Shown here in pieces: positions 1 to 10,016 of a DNA stretch of 38,440 bases. Below the pieces are notes generated by a model, which worked only from the letters and a program-made list of their open reading frames with translations, did no database searches and was not told where the DNA came from. A program made the translations under genes and the position numbers. The stretch is from Candidatus Thorarchaeota archaeon (GTDB lineage Archaea; Asgardarchaeota; Thorarchaeia; Thorarchaeales; Thorarchaeaceae). Within the stretch, counting starts at the first letter, position 1; each line of letters begins with the position of its first letter. Location of the stretch: the NCBI GenBank assembly GCA_019057475.1, contig DXJO01000049.1, positions 1 through 38,440 on the forward strand, written 5' to 3'.

Positions 1-3000
1 GGTCGTCACATTGGCAATGAGCACCTCGGAGTCTGTGTCCAAGTCCCAGAACACTACAGTCACAGGACTATTCGAACCCCATGGTGTAATCGGACCAGAT
101 GCAACAGTGACACTCGTGTGATGTGCCCTTACAGTTAGTGCCACCAAAGTCCAAGCATGTCCGTAGTTGGCACTGCTTGAGTAGACACTGACATTCAGCT
201 CGTATTCACCAACTGTCCAACCATCGACATCTAGAGTGAAAGCCAACGAAACGAATGGCCCCTGTGTTCCTTTCGTCGCACTGACCACGGTCACGTTCTG
301 AAGTGAAGAAGAGACCTCTCCTCCTGCATCGGCATCATACCACGTCACGTCGAACGACGAGTCTACGCCCCAGGGGATCGTCGAATCGAAGTCTACGACA
401 ATGTATGTGTCATGGGGAGATATGACTAGACGAATCGTGATTGTGGCACCGTGATAGTTTGTCTTTGACAGAATCACGTTGATCAAGTAGGTCCCAGGAC
501 TTGCCGTGCCTACGTCAATGCTCACGCTATAAGCCCCGTCACTGATCTCAGTCACGCTGGCTGTGATCCCCACCGGGTTCTCAACGGAGTTGCCGGCCCC
601 GGTGATCCCAGCGAAGCTGTGGTCAGTGTCATTGTAGGTTATGGTCATGGAAATGTCAAACTCATAGGGCGTTGACACAGAGTTGCCGCCCACCCCGTAG
701 ATGGCAGTGTAGATGTTCCTGAGCGTGAATGTGATGTTGACTGTGCTCTCGAGAAGGTAAGTCTCGCTCGGTGTCGCGTTGATCTGATATACATAGCTGC
801 CAACGCCTAACCCGCTACCGTCGAGTGTGACAGTGTAGCTTCCATTGGCATGGTCTGTTGGCAAACCGACGATGGTTCGATCTGAAGTTATCGTGGCGCC
901 AGGTATCGGGTTGTCATTGAACGAGTCACGTACTGTGATCTTGACTGTGAAGTCGTCGCCAATGGGAGTCGACGGCGGGGTTTCATACGTGATAGAGGTC
1001 TCATGAGAAAGGTCTAGGTCGAAGTAAGTTGTCGCATTGTTGTAGTACTGATAGTATGAATCGATCTCAATGCGCCAGCGCTTTGCATCTCCTAGGTCCG
1101 ATGTGTTCAATGCCACTCCGTAGTCGCCAGTACCGTAATCCTCCAGTGTGACATCAGAGGGACTGCCAGACACAGTCCAGTTCATCGTCACAGTGGCGCC
1201 AGTGACAACCTGAGAGTTGTCGTCATCCACGAGCTGCACCTCAACGTACAACATCTCACCAGCAACTCTTACTGACAATTGATCGTTGACTGCGTCACCG
1301 GGGGACTGGAGTGTGAGACTCGTGTCGTGCTTCACTGTGAAAGTCCGTTGATACGTTCCGACCTCAGTCGGACTGGTCCCAGCAGTGTCATTGAAATTAA
1401 CATCCGCATACCAGACGCCCGCATCCCAGGAGCTTGTGACAGTAATGCCAAGCCACTCAAAATCGCCGCCGGACCCCTGCGTTGTGTCATCTGAGGCATA
1501 GAACAACTGACCTGAGGGATCCGTGAGCAGCAGACGCATTGCTGAACCTCCGATGATCTCTGCAGTGCCTTCGAACTTCGCTGAATCGCCTACATTGAAA
1601 GTGGCCGTGTCACCGTAACTACCAGCCCCAATGCCCATCAGGAGATCCGTAGCTCCGTTGGTTGTGGACAGGACGAACCTCCAGATACCGTAGGTGTCAA
1701 CCGCCGTCGAGGGTATAGTCAACTCAGTGGTTGAGGCCGTTACAGCAGATGATCTGTCATCGCCGTCCGGATCTGTAGCATTCTGGAATGTCCAGTCGCT
1801 AGCCTTGCTCAAGCTCATGTTCACATCGGTGACCCCAGATGGTGGAGAGATTAGGACATTGGCAGTCCAGTATGCCAAGGAGTTGTTGACTACGCTGAAC
1901 GAAGTCCCGGTGTTCTGCTCGTTATCCAGGGTATCAACAGTGTCAGTGACGTTAAGGTATAACGATGGCTCAATCATCACATCCACGGAAGAGTTGGTCG
2001 TGAACTCGACTGTCACTGTGTCAGACCCGGACCAGCTGCCGCTCAGAAACACTGTGTCCTCCTGTGGAATCATGTAGTTGACGAAAAGCCGAGCCAAATC
2101 AGCTCCATTGTAACCGGAAGTTCCTTTGATGTCGTGCCATCGGTCGTATGTGCTCGAGTACATGTACTCTAGCATGATGCAGATGTAGTTCCCTGTCGAC
2201 CATCCGGACCTGCTGATGATCTTCTGAACGAGTCTCGTGATATCCGGTGAAGAGTATCTTGTATCTGCGGCCCATCCCGTCACATCCCAGTCAACACTGG
2301 TGTTAACCCAGTCAAAGCGGTCCTCAAGATGAGGCGTCCCACTGGAGAACGCAGTGACAGTGTCTTCATCAGAGGCATAAAGGCGCATGTCAAAGTAGTT
2401 CGTAGTAGTGGTTGCAGACTCGACCTCAATGTATGCAGACGTGATTATGGCTCCCTGAGGGATAGACAATGGAAATTGGAAACCAGACTCCCACGTTTCA
2501 TGCGTGAGGGTCACTGCGACATACAACTTGCCATCGTTAGTAGGCCCATCCAGGTCAATTCCGGTTGATGGGTTGTCCGTGCAGTCCCTATTGGCATCAT
2601 CGGGCACATACGGTGATACACTGCCTGATGTCATCCCTCCGATGGCAGTATTGTTGGCCTTCAGATTCACCTGTTCTGGGAAGGGACTGACCTCGAAGTC
2701 CATGTAAATCTCATCGATATACGTGTAAGAGTCGTATGCGCTGGCCTGGATTCCTGAGAGATCAGTTCCAATGCCAATATCAAAGGGTAGAGACTCTGGG
2801 GTCGTGATATTTTCATATGCAGACCAGGGGATGACCACTTCCCCGACCAACCAGGCGTTCGTCGTACGCCCTGACTCGTGAACATAGAGCTTGGTTTCAT
2901 GGTCCCCGAACCTCACAAACACATACGTCTGGTTTTGCAGATCAGTATTGGCGGTGACGTTGTACAGGAACGTGATGTGCACAGAATAGAGGGCGCGTCG

Positions 3001-3609
3001 AGGGATGTTGATCATCTGACTGAAGTAGATCTCGTCTGTTGATGCGAGTGTGACGATAGTATTGTACTCGGCATCAAAGCGCCACCCTCTACTACCTCCG
3101 ACTCCATTGGAATCACTGTTCATCTCAAAGACACCGTGTTCAGGATGGTCACTATGCCAGATTCCGGAGGTTTCCTGCTTAATCAATGTCCAATCATCCG
3201 GGACCTGCAGAGTGCTGTCATCGTCGCCCACGTCAAGCCATCTCTCGGCATGATAGTCATCAAGGTCGTTGTTGATTGGGTCTCGGTCCACCCACATGGA
3301 CGAATGGGGAATGTCGACACGCAGGTTGGTTCCGGTCCAGCCTGCTGGCAGATCCACAGAACCAAAGCCCGATGAGGAAGAATCTATATGCAGTGGCCCT
3401 GCAGTCTCGTTTGTGGTCAGCCCCTTCAGTGTGGCGGTCCGTGCAGCGCCAGACCCAGAATACGGTGTTCCCCCTTCTGCATTTGTGCTAGTATTCCGCA
3501 TCGGAGTGATTCCACTCGATTCCACAATCGCAGGGTCACCATCATGAATCAACACTGGAAACAGAAACAAGACAGCGACAAATAACGCTATGATACTAGC
3601 TCTTTTCAA
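1..3609 (-). CDS. Very large secreted/cell-surface protein with tandem Ig-like beta-sandwich repeats (5' part only; runs off the left edge)
   Basis: Absent from the ORF track because its stop is outside the window. TTG at 3609 follows a GGAGG SD and reads MKRASIIALFVAVLFLFPVLIHD (signal peptide). The frame was spot-translated as open near 3300-3609, 2050-2700 and 1-1270. It is Thr/Ser/Val/Asp/Gly-rich with ~100-aa repeats (e.g. TPIGDDFTVKITVRDSFNDNPIPGATI..NGSYTVTLDGSGLGVGSYVYQINA) and many N-x-S/T sequons. Confidence 0.85.
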   Translation of the reverse strand, partial: MKRASIIALFVAVLFLFPVLIHDGDPAIVESSGITPMRNTSTNAEGGTPYSGSGAARTATLKGLTTNETAGPLHIDSSSSGFGSVDLPAGWTGTNLRVDIPHSSMWVDRDPINNDLDDYHAERWLDVGDDDSTLQVPDDWTLIKQETSGIWHSDHPEHGVFEMNSDSNGVGGSRGWRFDAEYNTIVTLASTDEIYFSQMINIPRRALYSVHITFLYNVTANTDLQNQTYVFVRFGDHETKLYVHESGRTTNAWLVGEVVIPWSAYENITTPESLPFDIGIGTDLSGIQASAYDSYTYIDEIYMDFEVSPFPEQVNLKANNTAIGGMTSGSVSPYVPDDANRDCTDNPSTGIDLDGPTNDGKLYVAVTLTHETWESGFQFPLSIPQGAIITSAYIEVESATTTTNYFDMRLYASDEDTVTAFSSGTPHLEDRFDWVNTSVDWDVTGWAADTRYSSPDITRLVQKIISRSGWSTGNYICIMLEYMYSSTYDRWHDIKGTSGYNGADLARLFVNYMIPQEDTVFLSGSWSGSDTVTVEFTTNSSVDVMIEPSLYLNVTDTVDTLDNEQNTGTSFSVVNNSLAYWTANVLISPPSGVTDVNMSLSKASDWTFQNATDPDGDDRSSAVTASTTELTIPSTAVDTYGIWRFVLSTTNGATDLLMGIGAGSYGDTATFNVGDSAKFEGTAEIIGGSAMRLLLTDPSGQLFYASDDTTQGSGGDFEWLGITVTSSWDAGVWYADVNFNDTAGTSPTEVGTYQRTFTVKHDTSLTLQSPGDAVNDQLSVRVAGEMLYVEVQLVDDDNSQVVTGATVTMNWTVSGSPSDVTLEDYGTGDYGVALNTSDLGDAKRWRIEIDSYYQYYNNATTYFDLDLSHETSITYETPPSTPIGDDFTVKITVRDSFNDNPIPGATITSDRTIVGLPTDHANGSYTVTLDGSGLGVGSYVYQINATPSETYLLESTVNITFTLRNIYTAIYGVGGNSVSTPYEFDISMTITYNDTDHSFAGITGAGNSVENPVGITASVTEISDGAYSVSIDVGTASPGTYLINVILSKTNYHGATITIRLVISPHDTYIVVDFDSTIPWGVDSSFDVTWYDADAGGEVSSSLQNVTVVSATKGTQGPFVSLAFTLDVDGWTVGEYELNVSVYSSSANYGHAWTLVALTVRAHHTSVTVASGPITPWGSNSPVTVVFWDLDTDSEVLIANVTT

Positions 3610-3811
3610 TTCTGAAGCCTCCGAACTTCTCAGGGCAGTGTAAACCGGAATCTTAGGAGCTGGCCGTATTGTGACATGACCAGCTCTAGACAGCTGCCAC
3701 GCATGGCTGGACACGGGACATTATCAATATTTGCTGAACAGACTAATTCGATAAATCGGGATGTTCGAGGACCCGGGCCCACATCAGGTATCAGTGTCAG
3801 AAATCGGATGC

Positions 3812-4528
3812 TCAATCATGAGTGAGAAGATAATCGCGATAACCAACAAACCGGTAACCCAATCTATCCTTCATGTCCTTAAGGAGATTGAAAACAGAGT
3901 TTGCCCTATGGTCAAGCGGATGAATGCCCATCTGCAGGGGCCCGCTAAGCTCAATCTCCATCTGTGCCTCAATGAAAGAAGCACCCTTCATACCCTGACT
4001 GATCAAACACTCAGCAGTTTCAAAAACTCGCGACTCAGGCAAATGGTACAAGCAATTGCCAACAACACAGTAATTGAAGCCTACATCTCTGACAGCGTCC
4101 ACGATACGGCGCGGCGCCACCCATAATGGGGGAACGAATCCAAAGGGTTTCTGTCCAAAGCTCTTCTTGATCAATGACTTCCCGGACTTGAGTCTGGAAA
4201 TCGCTCGCTCCTGGGGTATCCTCCTAAACTCATCAGGAGCACCGGACTTTGCGACGTGAGAGTACCCATGAAGCGAAACCTCGAGATTCAGTGATTGAAG
4301 GTACTCAGCGAACAAGTCGTGCTTCTCAAAACTGTTTGACCGCTTGAGTTCATAAAGTGGCGTGACAAGAAGAGTAAAGCTGTCTATTCCCAGGTCGATT
4401 AGACGGTCATAGGATTTGATGACATCATCTTCCATTGTGGGATTGACATCGTGAAGCGAGAGAAGGATAGTGCCGTCTGCAACTGCCTTAGTCCCTTTGC
4501 GCGAGCTGCCCTGCCCTTTCCGCACCAT
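3812..4528 (-). CDS. DUF2334 / NodB-like polysaccharide deacetylase family protein
   Basis: LSLHDVNP, EVSLHGYSH, GFVPPLW and GIHPLD motifs typical of CE4-like deacetylases. Confidence 0.75.
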   Translation of the reverse strand: MVRKGQGSSRKGTKAVADGTILLSLHDVNPTMEDDVIKSYDRLIDLGIDSFTLLVTPLYELKRSNSFEKHDLFAEYLQSLNLEVSLHGYSHVAKSGAPDEFRRIPQERAISRLKSGKSLIKKSFGQKPFGFVPPLWVAPRRIVDAVRDVGFNYCVVGNCLYHLPESRVFETAECLISQGMKGASFIEAQMEIELSGPLQMGIHPLDHRANSVFNLLKDMKDRLGYRFVGYRDYLLTHD

Positions 4529-4596
4529 GGTCTCTCACCTGAGAATCCACAAGTTGTGATACATAAACTCATTCTATCGACTAGGGCTTCAAGAAA

Positions 4597-4619
4597 GCGG
4601 AGAGCCTAGTCGGCTCTGC
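4597..4619 (-). terminator. Hairpin downstream of the histone gene
   Basis: AGAGCC-TAGTC-GGCTCT inverted repeat ~30 nt after the histone stop. Confidence 0.3.
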
Positions 4620-4646
4620 TGGGTCTGTGATAAGTCAATCCTAATC

Positions 4647-4883
4647 CTAGCGAGGCTTTTTCCACTGCTTGTAGGCTAAGTCAATGTCCTTGTGCGTGAT
4701 TGTCTTTCTCTTTGCGTGCTCGGTCAGCTCAAAGGCCCTTCTGGCAATGTCCTCACCGACCTCCTCAAGAATTTGCGCTAGGCGCTCCGCACCTTTGTCA
4801 CTGACTCGCTCAGCACCAGATTTTCGTATCAGCTTATCAACAGGTGCCACAGGGATGATTCTATCCTTTTTTGACCGAGGCAA
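4647..4883 (-). CDS. Archaeal histone (HMf-like histone fold)
   Basis: IPVAPVDKLIRKSGAERVS...HAKRKTITHKDIDLA histone-fold signature; AGGAG upstream of the TTG start. Confidence 0.95.
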   Translation of the reverse strand: MPRSKKDRIIPVAPVDKLIRKSGAERVSDKGAERLAQILEEVGEDIARRAFELTEHAKRKTITHKDIDLAYKQWKKPR

Positions 4884-4946
4884 ATCTATTCATTCTCCTT
4901 AGACTGGCTTTAGCAGCCCACATAATCCCCCTTTGACTGCAATCTC

Positions 4947-4953
4947 TATTTAA
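4947..4953 (-). promoter_or_regulatory. Putative TATA box of the histone gene
   Basis: TTAAATA on the minus strand ~65 nt upstream of the start. Confidence 0.45.
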
Positions 4954-5002
4954 GCGCTTGTAAGTGGCGAAAAGAACCCTCTTTGTTACGCGCGGAATTG
5001 AC

Positions 5003-6199
5003 TCAATGGTACCTTTTTCCCAGCTTCAAAATGATGATTTCCGCTCGCGAGATCTGCTCTGAAATCACCTGCAGGTCAAATGCCTTCTCAATTGACTCGA
5101 CGTCTTTCACTGAGGCTTTCACTTCGGGGTACTTAGGAGGGAGTGTGCAGCAAGATGAAACCTCTCCTGCAAGGTAGTATGTACCAATCTCTGCGGCTAG
5201 ATGTTCTATATCCACCTTGTCATCTCCAGCACAAGGCCTCAGGATTGGATAATCGCAGACCGCAGTGTTGATTGCTCTCAGATTCTTGGAGGTCTGCGAG
5301 GCTTGCTCACCGATTATCTCACCTGTAACTATCACGTCTGCATTCTCAATTATCGCAATCTCGCGCGCAAGCCGTAACATGTTCCTCTTGCAGTATATAC
5401 AAATCATCTTCTCTGGAGCATGTTGAACCACTTGAGCAAGATCCAACCCATGAGGTACGATGTACATCTTCACCTCATAATCATGGATGTATTCGGCCAA
5501 TTTTCTGGCCTGCTTGATGGCAACATCCTTGGGGGAGTTGTCCAAGTAGGGATCATTGTCGAAATGCGCGAAAACGGGTATGCATCCTCGCTTCATCACT
5601 TTGTACGAAGCAACGGGAGAGTCAAGGCCGCCTGAGATTGTACAGATGGCCTTGCCCTGAGAGCCAGTTGGCATCCCTCCGACACCTTTGACTGTTTCTG
5701 TAAATAGGTACGCAGTGTCATCGCGCACCTCGACATAAATCGACTCCTCGGGCGCAGTTAGGTTCACCTTGAGATTGAGCTCAGGCAGCCCCTCAAGGAT
5801 ACGTTCCCCAAGCTTCGCTCTGATGTCTTGACTCGTGTAGTCGTGCGTGCCAATTCTCCTAGCATCTACTGCGAATGTACTGCCCTTCGCGAACTGTTCT
5901 TTCGCCATGGCACCCCCGGTTGCCAAGATCGTATCCATATCCGAGGATGCAACCACTACTGGTGAAGCTGATACGATTCCGAAGACTTGCGATGCAGCCT
6001 TTGCTGCTTCAGCAGCCTCTTCAGTTTCAATGAATATCCGTCCGTATTCCCTTCGAACCTTTGTGAAGGACACTCCCTTCTCTTTCAGCGCCGTGCGTAC
6101 ATGTTTGACGAGCAACGAAACCATGCGACGTCTTGTCTGCTTGGACTTGATTCCAATCTCACCGAACCGGAGAAGGACTGTTGAGTAAACGGTCGACAT
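5003..6199 (-). CDS. thiI: tRNA 4-thiouridine(8) synthase ThiI (archaeal type, no rhodanese domain)
   Basis: LLRFGEIGIKS N-terminus, THUMP region, PP-loop SGGLDS, CIYC plus a downstream CC, GEQASQT. Start placed at ATG 6199 (MSTVYS) rather than 6223. Confidence 0.95.
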   Translation of the reverse strand: MSTVYSTVLLRFGEIGIKSKQTRRRMVSLLVKHVRTALKEKGVSFTKVRREYGRIFIETEEAAEAAKAASQVFGIVSASPVVVASSDMDTILATGGAMAKEQFAKGSTFAVDARRIGTHDYTSQDIRAKLGERILEGLPELNLKVNLTAPEESIYVEVRDDTAYLFTETVKGVGGMPTGSQGKAICTISGGLDSPVASYKVMKRGCIPVFAHFDNDPYLDNSPKDVAIKQARKLAEYIHDYEVKMYIVPHGLDLAQVVQHAPEKMICIYCKRNMLRLAREIAIIENADVIVTGEIIGEQASQTSKNLRAINTAVCDYPILRPCAGDDKVDIEHLAAEIGTYYLAGEVSSCCTLPPKYPEVKASVKDVESIEKAFDLQVISEQISRAEIIILKLGKRYH

Positions 6200-6373
6200 A
6201 CTGAATTCTTCCGACCTCTGCAATTCGTCCTGTTACCCGAATAAAGGATTCTAAACAGACAATTATTGAGCTCCTCACCATATCCCTGAACCACACAGCG
6301 AGTGGGGGCGTAATCCTCAACAGAGTCGCCCAAGTATTCTTAATGCGGCTAGTCCTGCGAACTCCCAAGGAAG

Positions 6374-8401
6374 ATGAAGGTCATAGGTTGTGATGTCGGA
6401 GGATCCTTTACCGATATCATCATGGTCGACACAGATACAGGCGAACAGGTCGTCCACAAAGTACAGTCAACACCACACTCACAGGATGTTGCTGTCATTC
6501 AAGGCATACGTGAAATCCTCGAGGATAATGGAATATCACCCGCTGAAGTGAGTCTAGTTGTTCATGGAACAACCGTTGCCACGAACGCCATGCTCCAGAG
6601 AAAGGGGGCAAGGGTATGTCTTGTTACAACTGCTGGCCTTGAAGACTTATTGGAGATTGGAAGGCAGAACAGGGAAGAAATCTACAGTCTACAAGCAACA
6701 AGACCGCGGCCCCTAGTCGGACGGGAGTACAGGATTGGCGTACACGAGCGATTGGATGCACAAGGCAATGTAATAGAAACCCTGAATGATGATGAAGTTG
6801 AGAGAATCGTCAGCGTACTTCGAAAGAAGAAACCTGATGCGGTCGCGGTTTCGTTGCTGTTCTCATACTGCAACTCTGAGCATGAAATGATGCTGCTTGA
6901 TTGCATCAAGCAGGAGATAGAATGCTACGCCGTTGCATCATCCCAAGTGCTTCCAGAGTTCAGAGAATTCGAACGCACTTCTACAACGGTTTTGGAGGCG
7001 TACCTCGGCCCGTTGGTTCTGGGGTATCTAGGGAACCTCGATACATCGCTAAGGCAGCTTTGCCCGAAGAGCAAACTGCTGATTATGCAGTCTAATGGAG
7101 GGACAGTTCACTCCAGCCGCGCCAGCGGTCGAGCAATCGGCTTGGCAATCTCAGGCCTTGCTGGAGGGGTGATGGGTGGCTGGTACATTGCAGGTCAGAG
7201 CGGAGTAGAACAGGCCATCACAGTGGACATGGGGGGTACCAGCTGCGACATTAGCGCAATTGTGGGAAAAGTGGTTGTGAAACCAGACAATGAAGTTGGA
7301 GGGCTCCCGCTACGTGTGCCTTCAGTTGACGTGAAAACCATTGGAGCAGGAGGAGGGAGTATCGCGTGGGTTGACGACGCGGGTGTACTCCATGTTGGTC
7401 CACAGAGCGCTGGTGCTGATCCTGGACCTGCAGCATATGACAAACGGGGACTCGAGGCTACGGTCACGGATGCCAACCTATTGCTGGGAAGGCTAAATCC
7501 TCAGTTTTTTCTGGGCGGCAGAATGCAGCTTAACGTGGATTGCTCAAGAACTGCGGTTAGCAGACTCTCAAAAAAGATAGGCAAGACTGTGAACGAGGTT
7601 GCATTGGGCATCATCAGAATCTCGACCTCAAACATGATGCAAGCAATCAGAGAGGTGACGGTGGAGCGAGGACACGATCCGCGGCATTTCACACTGGTTC
7701 CGTTCGGAGGTGCAGGACCCACCCAAGCCGTGGATATTGCTGAGGCTCTTAACATCAACACGATTATAGTCCCGCCGTTTCCGGGAATAACGTCGGCCCT
7801 AGGACTCGTGTGCGCTAACCTAAGAGTGGACCTAATGAGGACTGTTCTTACAACTGACCCCGAAATGGATGCGGAGGAAGCTACTTCGGCTCTTAACGAG
7901 CTCACCGAGGAATCCCAACACAGGCTCCTAGAGCAAGGGGCAGAGAAACAGCATATCACATGTGAGTGGTCCATAGATATGCGATACGTAGGCCAGTCAC
8001 ATGAACTCTCAATCCGTTTACCACAGCGTCAGCGTGAACCGCTGTCTGCGTCTAGGCATCTATTCGAGTCTGAACATGAGAGGATATATGGCTACAGAAT
8101 GAAACGGAGAGCAGTCGAATGGGTCACCGTGCGGGTGGTCGCCAGAGCCAAGCAGCTGGACTTGAAGCCATATCGACACGACCCGCTGGAAGGGATGAAC
8201 CCACACAGTCAGCGCGACGTAATTCTTGAGGACAGCTCCTGTGCACGTGCGGAGGTCTATAGGAGAGAGCAACTGTCTGTGAAACAGCAAATCAACGGAC
8301 CGGCAATCATTGAACAAGTGGATTCGACGACTTATCTTGCACCAGACTGGTCTGCAAAACAGCGTAGAGATGGAACTCTAGTAGTGAGGAGGGGTCGATG
8401 A
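6374..8401 (+). CDS. Hydantoinase/5-oxoprolinase subunit A (HyuA-like)
   Basis: DVGGSFTD, HGTTVATNA, DMGGTSCD, IGAGGGSIA, SAGADPGPA, TVTDANL, FGGAGP motifs. Confidence 0.93.
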   Translation: MKVIGCDVGGSFTDIIMVDTDTGEQVVHKVQSTPHSQDVAVIQGIREILEDNGISPAEVSLVVHGTTVATNAMLQRKGARVCLVTTAGLEDLLEIGRQNREEIYSLQATRPRPLVGREYRIGVHERLDAQGNVIETLNDDEVERIVSVLRKKKPDAVAVSLLFSYCNSEHEMMLLDCIKQEIECYAVASSQVLPEFREFERTSTTVLEAYLGPLVLGYLGNLDTSLRQLCPKSKLLIMQSNGGTVHSSRASGRAIGLAISGLAGGVMGGWYIAGQSGVEQAITVDMGGTSCDISAIVGKVVVKPDNEVGGLPLRVPSVDVKTIGAGGGSIAWVDDAGVLHVGPQSAGADPGPAAYDKRGLEATVTDANLLLGRLNPQFFLGGRMQLNVDCSRTAVSRLSKKIGKTVNEVALGIIRISTSNMMQAIREVTVERGHDPRHFTLVPFGGAGPTQAVDIAEALNINTIIVPPFPGITSALGLVCANLRVDLMRTVLTTDPEMDAEEATSALNELTEESQHRLLEQGAEKQHITCEWSIDMRYVGQSHELSIRLPQRQREPLSASRHLFESEHERIYGYRMKRRAVEWVTVRVVARAKQLDLKPYRHDPLEGMNPHSQRDVILEDSSCARAEVYRREQLSVKQQINGPAIIEQVDSTTYLAPDWSAKQRRDGTLVVRRGR

Positions 8402-9984
8402 AAATGATGGATGACCCGATATCCTTTGAGGTTATTAAGAACGCCTTAGAGTCCTGTGCCCGAGAAATGAGTCAGGCCCTGAGGCGTACTGCGTTCAGTC
8501 CGAACATTAAGGAACGCAGGGATTGCAGTTGCGCCATATTCGACAACGCAGGCAGTCTGGTTGCCCAATCAAAGGACATCCCGGTTCATCTTGGCGCAAT
8601 GCCGCTATCGGTTAAAGCTTGCATCGAGCAGGTGGGTAACGAGATGCGCCAAGGCACGATGGCTCTTCTGAACGACCCATTCTCTGGCGGGTCACACCTT
8701 CCAGATCTGACGCTCGTGGCGCCAGTCTACGATGGAAGCAGCAGAGTGGCATTCGTAGCAAATCGGGCACACCATGCTGATGTGGGAGGTTTAAGTCCAG
8801 GGTCAATGCCGGGCACATCGACATCAATTGATGATGAGGGAATTTTGATACGGCCTCGAATCATTGTCAGGGATAGTGAGCTCGTTCTTGACTTCATAGA
8901 CGACCTGCTGTCAGCGACTCGGACGCCGGATGAACGACTTGGCGATCTTTCCGCTCAGGTTGCAGCAAACACTGTTGGCTCTAGGAGGCTTGAGGGTTTG
9001 TCGAATAAGCACACTTGGAACGGGCTCCTCAAGACATTCGAGGAGCTGAAGCGCTACTCTGCAGAGATGATGAAACGCACACTCATGCCATATCAAGGAA
9101 AACATGCCGAGTTCACCGATGTAATGGACAGTGATGGAGCTGGCACCAGTGAAATTCCCATTATGGTGACTGTGAACTTCGCAAGCGAACGAGTACAGGT
9201 GGACTTTACTGGAACCTCCGAACAGGTCAAAGGGAACATCAATTGCCCCATTGCATCATCTCTCTCTTCAGTGTACTACGTCTTCAAGGCACTGTTTGGC
9301 GAAGGAATCCCAATGAATGAAGGGTGTTGGAGCGCCATCGACATCCATGTACCCAAGAGATCTATCCTTAATCCCGAATACCCAGCGGCCGTTGCTGCAG
9401 GAAATGTAGAAACCTCGCAGAGAATCGTAGACACTACTCTCGGAGCCCTCGCGCAGATTGACCCGGACATAGTGCCCGCTGCTAGTCAAGGAACCATGAA
9501 CAACTTGGCAATTGGGGGAATTGACCCAAGAAGCGGCAGAGCATTCTCATTCTATGAAACAATCGGAGGTGGAGCAGGAGCAGGGCGCGGATATAATGGC
9601 AGCAGCGGCATTCACACTCACATGACGAATACCCTCAACACTCCCGTGGAGTCTCTCGAAACCGAATATCCACTAAGGGTTCTTACATACTCTATTCGCC
9701 GCGCAAGTGGAGGAAGGGGAAGGTGGAATGGTGGCGACGGAATCATCCGAGAAATAGAGATCCTTGGAGAGGACTGCACTGTATCAATACAGTCTGAACG
9801 TAGAGCTTCGCAGCCTTGGGGCTTGAAGGCAGGCGAGCCGGGAGTCATCGGACGAAACACCCTAATGCTGAAAGGCAAGGTGTTGGAGCTCGCCGCGAAG
9901 TCGACTGTGAGCGTTCCTTCAGGGTCTATCGTACGCATCGAAACGCCAGGAGGGGGAGGGTGGGGGAAACCTCCCTCTAATTAA
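8398..9984 (+). CDS. Hydantoinase B/oxoprolinase subunit (HyuB-like)
   Basis: SPNIKERRDCSCA, PVHLG, NDPFSGGSHLPD, HHADVGG, GTMNN, TPGGGGWG; ATGA overlap with subunit A. Confidence 0.93.
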   Translation: MKMMDDPISFEVIKNALESCAREMSQALRRTAFSPNIKERRDCSCAIFDNAGSLVAQSKDIPVHLGAMPLSVKACIEQVGNEMRQGTMALLNDPFSGGSHLPDLTLVAPVYDGSSRVAFVANRAHHADVGGLSPGSMPGTSTSIDDEGILIRPRIIVRDSELVLDFIDDLLSATRTPDERLGDLSAQVAANTVGSRRLEGLSNKHTWNGLLKTFEELKRYSAEMMKRTLMPYQGKHAEFTDVMDSDGAGTSEIPIMVTVNFASERVQVDFTGTSEQVKGNINCPIASSLSSVYYVFKALFGEGIPMNEGCWSAIDIHVPKRSILNPEYPAAVAAGNVETSQRIVDTTLGALAQIDPDIVPAASQGTMNNLAIGGIDPRSGRAFSFYETIGGGAGAGRGYNGSSGIHTHMTNTLNTPVESLETEYPLRVLTYSIRRASGGRGRWNGGDGIIREIEILGEDCTVSIQSERRASQPWGLKAGEPGVIGRNTLMLKGKVLELAAKSTVSVPSGSIVRIETPGGGGWGKPPSN

Positions 9985-10016
9985 GGTTCAACTCAATGAC
10001 GTGGCAGGACTCAAAT

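Noticed and set aside
1279-3585. Many short ORFs listed in the track in this interval
   Set aside because: They are antisense or off-frame shadows of the long minus-strand surface protein gene.
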